Source: Chitinophaga pinensis (GTDB lineage Bacteria; Bacteroidota; Bacteroidia; UKL13-3). Taken from it: a stretch of DNA of 64,000 nt. The DNA is taken from positions 67,542 through 131,541 of the forward strand of contig CAMDHZ010000008.1 of NCBI GenBank assembly GCA_945898275.1. The letters run 5' to 3'. How positions within the stretch are numbered: the stretch's first letter is position 1; each line of letters opens with the position of its first letter. The notes under the pieces are model-generated. The model did not search any database. It was given only the letters and a program-made list of their open reading frames with translations, and was not told the DNA's origin. The position numbers and the translations under genes were made by a program. This document shows, piece after piece, positions 57,296 through 64,000 of the stretch.

Positions 57296-58195
57296 TTATT
57301 TATTTATTACAATACGATGAAAGCTACAGCTTTGTTTGCTGCTCAATTTTAAGATATAATTACCTGACGCTAGTTGGTTCAAACCGTAAACCTTTGACGC
57401 AACAGTTACGCCTTCCTTTACCAAGTTTCCTGTTAATTCATAAATAGTAAAATTAGCCTCTTCAATTAATCCATTAATATGTAAAGTTTCTATGCAAGGA
57501 TTTGGAAACAAGGTCAATTGACTTTGTGAATGTTCGCGTACCGAATTTGAATAGGTTAATTTTAAATCATCTAGCATAAGTAAACTTCCTGCAATTGGAC
57601 TAAATCCATCTCTGCTTGAGCTTGCAATAAATGACATGGAGTCTGGTGTAAGATCTGAAACATACACAAAAGGTACATTTGCCTCTGTATAACTAGATAC
57701 AATTGAATCCATTTCAAAATTTGCAAAGCCAATTGTATCACGGTTGCCATCAACCCATTTAGTTAAAAGCATGAAAACAATATTTGCATCTTTTGGTTCA
57801 GGAAATGCCTGATACCAAAATAGAATAGAATTTGGCCTACCATTAAAAGCAACTCTGTTTTTTTCTATGTCTGGTAAACCGTTTATACCTATAATATTTT
57901 GAGCAGTTAATAGGCCAGGTATGCTAGTTGTCGGTCCTAACATCGATTCTAGCATTACAGCCTTACTGCCAACTTTTGCATTGCTTGTTTCAAAAGTGGA
58001 TTCTTCAAATCCAAAGGCTTTCAGCAGGTTTAAGGTATACCAGCCTTGTGGGTCTTGATAGTTGGTGCCATTAAAGGTTTTGGTTTCCCAATTTTCAAAT
58101 CCAAAATTTGGCAACTGCGCCTGCCCAATACTTTTATTGGTTAACAGCACTCCTAATAGCAAAAATACTAAAGTGTAAAAATTATTTGTTTTCAT
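57296..58195 (-). CDS. Secreted T9SS cargo protein, function unknown
   Basis: It has a signal peptide and the C-terminal sorting domain LTLFPNPCIETLHINGL…. Confidence 0.5.
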   Translation of the reverse strand: MKTNNFYTLVFLLLGVLLTNKSIGQAQLPNFGFENWETKTFNGTNYQDPQGWYTLNLLKAFGFEESTFETSNAKVGSKAVMLESMLGPTTSIPGLLTAQNIIGINGLPDIEKNRVAFNGRPNSILFWYQAFPEPKDANIVFMLLTKWVDGNRDTIGFANFEMDSIVSSYTEANVPFVYVSDLTPDSMSFIASSSRDGFSPIAGSLLMLDDLKLTYSNSVREHSQSQLTLFPNPCIETLHINGLIEEANFTIYELTGNLVKEGVTVASKVYGLNQLASGNYILKLSSKQSCSFHRIVINK

Positions 58196-58371
58196 ATGTT
58201 TTAATATTGTGATACAAACATATAGAGTAGTTTATAATATAAACTAGTTTTAAATTTTAGTACTATTCAAAAAATTGATTTACAATGTTTTAAAATTTTA
58301 CTTCAGCGCTGGTATGACTATTTTCTTATGCCTTTTAAAAGTTTTCCGCCTTTATTTGTGTATTAGTTAGG

Positions 58372-60906
58372 TTGAATTTTCGTTGGATAGAAATACCTTG
58401 CATCCATCATATGAATAAGTATTTCAAATATTTTTTAATTTCGCTATTAAGCATCTTGGGATTAATAGGATTAACCTTTGTACTTATCTATCAAAACATT
58501 GAGACCTTACAAAAATATGCATTAGACGAATTAAACAAGAACCTAAAAGCTCCCCTCACCACAAAAGAAATTTCAGTTTCTATTTTCACTACTTTTCCTA
58601 TGGTGAGCCTAGAATTTAAAGAGGTAAATATAGCTGATCCATTAAGGAAAAACATCAGTTTGATTGAGGCGCAAAGACTTTATCTTGGTTTTAATATTGT
58701 TGATGTTATTAATAAAAAATATAAAGTTCAACTTATTGAAATTGACAGCGGCAGCATAAATATGTACGTTAACAAAAAGGGTCGCAAAAATTTTGATATT
58801 CTTAAATCGCAACCAGAATCTAAAGAAAAATTAAACACTTCCGATGCATTTTCCTTTCAGTTAAATAAGGTTGGTTTGAACCGAATCAGAATCAATTATG
58901 AAGACAAATCTGCCTTAACACATCTAGACGTTTTTGCCAAAGAAGCTGAAATACACGGACAGTTTACTGAGAAAGAATTTGAAATGGAAGTCAAACTTAG
59001 TGGCCTTTGTCATCAAATGAAATTTGGAACTTTAGCTCTTTTTAAGCAAAAAACATTAAACCTTAACCTAGCATTTCAAGTTGATAATACAACCAATAAT
59101 TATCTTATCAAAAAAGGAGAATTTGCCATAAATACGCTTTTTTTACACCTTACGGGCGATTTGAGGTTTGAACCCAAAAAAGCAAATTATAACCTTGCAT
59201 TTTCAACCGAAAAAATAACCATTCAAGACCTTATTTCCATCATGCCGTTTGAAATGCCAAGTCATATTAAAACCTACGCTTCTCAAGGTAAAGTGTACTT
59301 TAAAGGTAAATATGCTGGCACACAATCCAATCTTGCAAGTCCACAATTATTAGTCGATTTTGGAATTGAAGAGGGGCAATTAATTGAGCCTGAAACCGGT
59401 ATTAAAATTGAAAATATTAATTTAAATGGGAGTTACAAAGGCAATAACGATTTATCAAGATCAACACTTACTATCCCTTCTTTAAATGCTAAATTTTCAG
59501 GCTCGCAAATAAGAGGAAATTTGCAATTAACAAATTTGCTCAATCCGTCTTTATTTGCAGAATTAAACGGCAATGCCGACCTAAAAGCGCTTAATAGTTT
59601 TTTAAAGCTAGAAGACGTAAAGTCAATCAATGGAAACCTAGAATTTTCTCTAACTGTAAAAGGATCTCAAAAGGATAGTGCTTGGATTTGGGATTCGAAT
59701 TTTTCTCAAGGGATATTTAAAATGGAAATTCCTGAGCTTACCCTTACCTATATTAATAAGCCTTTTAATAAGGTTCAATTAGTTGCAGGACTTAGCGGTA
59801 GTAATTTATCAATAGACAAACTAACTTTTCAAATTGGCGAAAGCGATTTTGATTTAAATGGGAAGTTTCCAAGTTTCTTGTCTGCTTTTGGCAAACAAAA
59901 AGAGGTATTTCAAGGTAATCTCAATCTCAAATGCAATCTTCTTAACTCAAATGATTTGCTGATTTATAATGCAAGTGATCCTAAAGAGAATGATGATGCT
60001 TCCTTCCAATATAAAATTGGATTAAACCTTATAGCCAATAAATTTGTATATAGTAATTTCATCGCTGCCAACCTTAGTTGTAAAACTATTCTTGTTCCCA
60101 ATAAAACAGAAATTCCATATTTTAGCTTGCAAACTTGCTCAGGAAGCTTTGCTGGAGAAGCCTCTTGGCAAATGGTTCCAGAGGGCTACGTTCTCAAAGC
60201 CAATCACCAAGCAACGCATATAGATTTAACTCAATTACTAGCGTCCTTTAATGATTTTGGTCAAACCGAAATTACCTCAAAACACTTAAAAGGCTTGCTT
60301 TCGGCTCAAACCGATATGATTATTTACTTCGACCCCGAAATGAAAGTATTAAATAAAAAGTTATTGTTGGTTTCAACCCTCAATATGAAACAAGGGGAAT
60401 TAATTGACTATAAACCGCTTTTAGGTTTGTCTAGATTTGCTGATGTTTCAGAACTTAAACACCTTAAGTTCTCCGAATTGAATAATACTTTAACAATTAA
60501 AAATAATATCATTAGTATTCCAGAAATGGACATTAAAACCAATGCCATTAATTTAGGTCTTAGCGGTAAACATGGCTTTGACAATGAAGTAAATTACAAG
60601 GTCAAATTGGCTTTATCGCAGTTGCTAAACAAAAAACGAAAAATTCAACCTAACGAATTTGGGGAGGAAGATCCCGTTTCAAAAAACTGGATTATCTATG
60701 TTAGCATTGAAGGCTCATTAAACAACCTTAGATATTCTTTCGACAAAAATGGATCGACCGTTCAGTTAAAAGAAGAAGTAAAAAAAGAAAAAGAAAACAT
60801 CAAAGAAATTCTAAAACAAGAATTTCAAATTAAGAAAGATACCAGTCTTAAAAAAGTTGAAACCAATAATAATAACCCTGATGAACTTGAATTTGAAGAA
60901 GAGTAA
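58372..60906 (+). CDS. Large membrane-anchored AsmA-like protein with a charged C-terminal tail
   Basis: It has an N-terminal TM helix and a long beta-rich body. The C-terminal segment is K/E-rich and ends EEE. The true start may be the internal Met at 58414. Confidence 0.5.
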   Translation: MNFRWIEIPCIHHMNKYFKYFLISLLSILGLIGLTFVLIYQNIETLQKYALDELNKNLKAPLTTKEISVSIFTTFPMVSLEFKEVNIADPLRKNISLIEAQRLYLGFNIVDVINKKYKVQLIEIDSGSINMYVNKKGRKNFDILKSQPESKEKLNTSDAFSFQLNKVGLNRIRINYEDKSALTHLDVFAKEAEIHGQFTEKEFEMEVKLSGLCHQMKFGTLALFKQKTLNLNLAFQVDNTTNNYLIKKGEFAINTLFLHLTGDLRFEPKKANYNLAFSTEKITIQDLISIMPFEMPSHIKTYASQGKVYFKGKYAGTQSNLASPQLLVDFGIEEGQLIEPETGIKIENINLNGSYKGNNDLSRSTLTIPSLNAKFSGSQIRGNLQLTNLLNPSLFAELNGNADLKALNSFLKLEDVKSINGNLEFSLTVKGSQKDSAWIWDSNFSQGIFKMEIPELTLTYINKPFNKVQLVAGLSGSNLSIDKLTFQIGESDFDLNGKFPSFLSAFGKQKEVFQGNLNLKCNLLNSNDLLIYNASDPKENDDASFQYKIGLNLIANKFVYSNFIAANLSCKTILVPNKTEIPYFSLQTCSGSFAGEASWQMVPEGYVLKANHQATHIDLTQLLASFNDFGQTEITSKHLKGLLSAQTDMIIYFDPEMKVLNKKLLLVSTLNMKQGELIDYKPLLGLSRFADVSELKHLKFSELNNTLTIKNNIISIPEMDIKTNAINLGLSGKHGFDNEVNYKVKLALSQLLNKKRKIQPNEFGEEDPVSKNWIIYVSIEGSLNNLRYSFDKNGSTVQLKEEVKKEKENIKEILKQEFQIKKDTSLKKVETNNNNPDELEFEEE

Positions 60907-60925
60907 ATTACTCTTAATGGCATTA

Positions 60926-61660
60926 TTTGCCCTAGTATGTATTAAAAATTCGAATGCCCAATCTAAATCCAAATTTGGTTTTGTAGGGTCGGTCAATATT
61001 GGTTATGGGTCTGCTTTTATTTCTGATGAAAAATACCAACAATTCATGGATACCATGCAATCCAAAACCAATAGTGTTTTAACCAAATCTGTAAATGGAT
61101 GGTTCATGTATAGTTTCAGTAAGAAAGTAGACTTGCTTTTTGGAATTGGCTACCAAGAAGCTGCTTTTGGTAGAAGACAAAGTAATTTAAACTTTAAAAA
61201 TTACACCTATCCTGGTATCGGAATTGGTAAAATAGAAGACCTCTCTAATCTTGAAAGGGGAATACAATATACCTATCGTTTTAGCTATTTAAATTTACCT
61301 TTTCAAATGATGTTAAATACTGGACGATCAAGCGATTATAAATGGACATTTAGCTTTGTACCTGGTGCCGCCCTAAATATTCTAATGAACCATAAAATGA
61401 TAGCTAATTTAGATGATGGATTTACCATTGACCTAAAAGATAAATTTACTTTAGACTCAACTGGATTCAAAGCAAGACCAATTGCTATCAATTTTAGCGC
61501 TGGATTTAGGTTCCAAAAAAAGGATGAAGATGGGAAGTCTTATTTTTTACAGCCCATGGCAATGGTATATCCGCTTTCTGTAACAAGTGCAGATTTAAAA
61601 GCTGTGCCTTGGTCTATTTCTCTGCAATTTGGTGCAATATTTTCTGCCTCTAATAAGTAA
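60926..61660 (+). CDS. Putative outer-membrane beta-barrel protein
   Basis: I took the start at MALFALVCIKNSNAQ (60926). The earlier ATG at 60857 overlaps the upstream gene. The product has an alternating amphipathic beta pattern. Confidence 0.45.
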   Translation, partial: FALVCIKNSNAQSKSKFGFVGSVNIGYGSAFISDEKYQQFMDTMQSKTNSVLTKSVNGWFMYSFSKKVDLLFGIGYQEAAFGRRQSNLNFKNYTYPGIGIGKIEDLSNLERGIQYTYRFSYLNLPFQMMLNTGRSSDYKWTFSFVPGAALNILMNHKMIANLDDGFTIDLKDKFTLDSTGFKARPIAINFSAGFRFQKKDEDGKSYFLQPMAMVYPLSVTSADLKAVPWSISLQFGAIFSASNK

Positions 61661-62115
61661 TGGAAATTAATAGATTTACCATTCGGGTTTATGGTTTATT
61701 ATTTAATGAACATAAACAAGTTTTATTGGTGCACGAGAAAATGCCACATTTACATTTTACCAAGTTCCCAGGAGGTGGGTTAGAATTTGGTGAAGGCACT
61801 CGAGACTGTCTGGTTAGAGAATTTATGGAAGAATCGGGTTTAGAAATTAGAGTAAAAGATCATATTTATACGACAGATTTCTTTCAACCTAGCGCATTTA
61901 GAAAAGGCGACCAGCTTATGGCAATTTACTACCAAGTTGAACTTTCCCATCCTGCACAAACTGTTTCGCTTGAAGAAATTACCTTAACCATTGGCGATAA
62001 AAATGAAACCTTAAGGTTTTTTTGGAAAAATTTAGATGAACTAGACCCAGAAAAAGATTTAAGCTTCCCAATTGATAGAATTGTGGCACGAAAATTTCTC
62101 TCAGAAAAGTTATAA
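61660..62115 (+). CDS. NUDIX hydrolase
   Basis: The Nudix box reads GGGLEFGEGTRDCLVREFMEESGL (Gx5Ex7REUxEExGU). Confidence 0.8.
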   Translation: MEINRFTIRVYGLLFNEHKQVLLVHEKMPHLHFTKFPGGGLEFGEGTRDCLVREFMEESGLEIRVKDHIYTTDFFQPSAFRKGDQLMAIYYQVELSHPAQTVSLEEITLTIGDKNETLRFFWKNLDELDPEKDLSFPIDRIVARKFLSEKL

Positions 62116-62124
62116 TTATTCAAC

Positions 62125-62679
62125 ATGAAACATCTTAAAATATACTTTCCCTTATCTTTATTATTAATCCTAATTGCTTGTGGCTCATCTAAAAATGGTC
62201 TGAACCAAGTGAAGATACCTTTTAAAGGCAATGCCTATGAATCTAATCGCAGGTTTTTTAGAAGTGTTGCCAGTGGCGAAAGTATTAACTTAGAAACTGC
62301 GCGCAGTAAAGCCTTACTTATCGCAAACCAACGCATCGCATCCTCGGTTCAAACCGAAATAAAAAATGTAACCGAAAACTACTTAAATGAAAGAAAAGAT
62401 GGTAACCAACTTGGTGATTATGGCGAACGATTTCAACAACTTACCCGAGAAGTGATGAGCACAAGCATCAATGGAATGCGAACTTTTGATGAAAAAGTTT
62501 TTATGAAAACTGATAAATCCTACCAAGTTTGGGTAGCAGTAGAGGCTAGAAAAAAAGATATTTACAAGAGAATGAAGCAAACTGCAAAAGAGAGAAGTAC
62601 CTTAAGCGAAAAAGAGAAAATTGCCATTGCAGAAATGATAGATAAAGCCATTGAAGATACTGGTGATTTAGATAACTAA
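62125..62679 (+). CDS. Lipoprotein, function unknown
   Basis: It has a lipobox LLILIACGSS. The mature part is charged and helical. Confidence 0.5.
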   Translation: MKHLKIYFPLSLLLILIACGSSKNGLNQVKIPFKGNAYESNRRFFRSVASGESINLETARSKALLIANQRIASSVQTEIKNVTENYLNERKDGNQLGDYGERFQQLTREVMSTSINGMRTFDEKVFMKTDKSYQVWVAVEARKKDIYKRMKQTAKERSTLSEKEKIAIAEMIDKAIEDTGDLDN

Positions 62680-62736
62680 ATACTTTTTTTGTATCCATAA
62701 TTTCTTTCTGTTATATTTACCATATTATCGTAAGAC

Positions 62737-64000
62737 ATGACCGAATTAATTAGCGAAGAAGATTTTGCAAAAGCCCTAAAACTTGAAAAAGTAAAGTTGA
62801 ATCTTTTGGCGCCCGCCTTGATGCGACTGCTTAAATTAGACGAGGTTAACGAAATATATTCACAAACCAGCAAATTAGAAGGAGCTGATTTTGCAGAGAA
62901 AATGCTAGAAAGAATGGGGGTTGAATATGAAATCAGTGATGCCGATTTGGCGAATATCCCCAAAACAGAACCCTTTATTTTAATTGCAAATCACCCTTAC
63001 GGTGGCGTAGATGGAATGATTCTAATGGCTATTTTAGCCAAACATCGTCCTGATATAAAATTTCTTGCTAATTTTTTATTGAACCAAATTGAACCACTCA
63101 AAAACTGGATTATTCCAGTAAACCCTTTTGAAGATGTTGGGGACAAGGCTATGAACATTAAGGGTGTAAAAGAGATTTTAAACCACCTTAAAACCAGTCC
63201 AATTGCCCTTTTTCCAGCAGGTGAAGTGAGTGCTTTAAAACTGAATAACTTCAAAATTTCAGACAAAAAATGGGAACCTTCGGTTGGAAAAATTATTTCT
63301 AAAGCTGGCCTAAAAGTTATTCCTGTTTATTTTTCAGGCCATAATAGTTTAGCATTTAACCTGCTAGGCTTAGTTCATCCAGGTTTAAGGACAATAAAGC
63401 TTCCTTCTGAAATGTTTAACAAGTCAAAAAATAAAGTTAAACTAAGAATCGGAAAGCCAATTCCTTTCAAAGAACTTGCAGATTTGGATCAACCCAAACT
63501 GTTAGACTTTCTAAGAGCCAAAACCTATGCACTTGGCGCAACTGAAGAACAAAATACTAAATTTAAGTTAAATCTAAAGAAACTTGCTAGACCACATAAA
63601 ATAGTAAATGCTGTCCCAAGTCACTTGCTAGAAAAGGAAATTGAAAGCATCTCAAGTGAGTGTAAACTTTTTAACTATGACAATTTCGAAGTTTACATTT
63701 CCGATTATGATAAAATCCCTTTCATCATTCATGAAATTGGAAGATTAAGAGAAATCACCTTTCGAGAAGTTGGAGAAGGCACCAACCGCAGCATTGATTT
63801 AGACGACTTTGACAAGCATTACAAACATTTATTTGTTTGGGACAAAGAAGCTAAAACAATTGCTGGTTCATACAGAATAGGGGAGGGAGATGTGCTTTTT
63901 AGAAAGTTTGGTATTCAAGGATTTTACTTGAACCAACTTTTTAGAATGAGCAAAGAAATGTATCCAATGGTTTACCAATCTATTGAATTAGGACGCTCAT
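62737..64000 (+). CDS. OlsF-like bifunctional acyltransferase (N-terminal PlsC-type lysophospholipid O-acyltransferase + C-terminal GNAT-like N-acyltransferase), 3' end beyond the window
   Basis: This ORF is not in the supplied track because it has no stop within the window. I translated it by hand from ATG 62737 (MTELISEEDF…) and found it open through 64000. The PlsC HX4D motif reads IANHPYGGVDG. This architecture matches the ornithine/amino-acid lipid synthase OlsF described in Flavobacterium and Serratia. Confidence 0.6.
   Translation, partial: MTELISEEDFAKALKLEKVKLNLLAPALMRLLKLDEVNEIYSQTSKLEGADFAEKMLERMGVEYEISDADLANIPKTEPFILIANHPYGGVDGMILMAILAKHRPDIKFLANFLLNQIEPLKNWIIPVNPFEDVGDKAMNIKGVKEILNHLKTSPIALFPAGEVSALKLNNFKISDKKWEPSVGKIISKAGLKVIPVYFSGHNSLAFNLLGLVHPGLRTIKLPSEMFNKSKNKVKLRIGKPIPFKELADLDQPKLLDFLRAKTYALGATEEQNTKFKLNLKKLARPHKIVNAVPSHLLEKEIESISSECKLFNYDNFEVYISDYDKIPFIIHEIGRLREITFREVGEGTNRSIDLDDFDKHYKHLFVWDKEAKTIAGSYRIGEGDVLFRKFGIQGFYLNQLFRMSKEMYPMVYQSIELGRS

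Noticed and set aside
2191-62355. Explaining the GGTTCAAACC copies as tRNA T-arm-derived fragments or a REP/MITE family
   Set aside because: The motif does resemble a T-arm (GGTTCGAATCC in the resident tRNA-Val). The copies, however, are isolated 10-16-mers inside unique coding sequence in three different frames. They have no flanking shared sequence, no terminal inverted repeats and no target-site duplications, so they are not a mobile repeat family.
62676-63266. Two minus-strand ORFs (62676..62963 and 62997..63266)
   Set aside because: They lie antisense to a long, motif-bearing plus-strand frame (the OlsF-like acyltransferase). That frame is open to the window end and was not reported only because it lacks a stop codon.
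1-64000. Prophage, ICE or transposon content
   Set aside because: I found no integrase, transposase, terminase or capsid genes and no conjugation genes. The only island-like signal is the small Fic cassette reported above.

Overview
This is an AT-rich chromosomal window that looks like Bacteroidota, probably Flavobacteriia or Sphingobacteriia. Six encoded proteins end in type-IX-secretion (T9SS) C-terminal sorting domains, and the spacing between genes suggests leaderless or Shine-Dalgarno-poor starts. I see no rRNA, no CRISPR array, and no integrase or transposase. There is one tRNA, tRNA-Val(TAC), on the minus strand at 56235..56309.

The window holds about 55 protein-coding genes.
- Housekeeping genes: two tandem POT peptide transporters (the first truncated by the window start), hpt, a cold-shock-domain protein, adk, obg, korA/korB 2-oxoacid:ferredoxin oxidoreductase, a THUMP RNA methyltransferase, priA, pepD, an M20 amidohydrolase, a NUDIX hydrolase, and a partial OlsF-like bifunctional lipid acyltransferase running off the 3' end.
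- Accessory genes: a VapBC-like and a RelE-like toxin-antitoxin pair, a stand-alone AAA ATPase, a Fic gene on a small islet, T9SS cargo proteins, and a receptor-type class III cyclase with a TPR array.

Four things stand out in the hunt.
1. A near-palindromic motif, core GGTTYRAACC and extended TTCGGTTYRAACCGAA, occurs at least 29 times exactly plus about 15 one-off variants. It sits inside genes in all three reading frames and on both strands, and also in terminators. This looks like selection at the DNA level, comparable to cyanobacterial HIP1 or to DNA-uptake sequences.
2. A seven-gene operon with overlapping or near-abutting starts runs from 45339 to 52463. It encodes a PqqD-like small protein, an ATP-grasp ligase, a fold-III PLP decarboxylase, a urea-transporter-like membrane domain fused to an M23 peptidase, a putative outer-membrane protein, a TPR protein and an SRPBCC protein. 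I do not recognise this system.
3. An Rv1355c-like fusion of a ThiF/E1 domain to two nitroreductase domains is co-operonic with an unknown 228-aa protein, a 7TMR-DISM histidine kinase and a hybrid REC-kinase. A paralogous stand-alone REC is encoded divergently.
4. The Fic gene is preceded by five 24-bp tandem iteron-like repeats. The islet is flanked by imperfect ~60-bp direct repeats, one of which is the 3' end of the neighbouring M1-peptidase gene.
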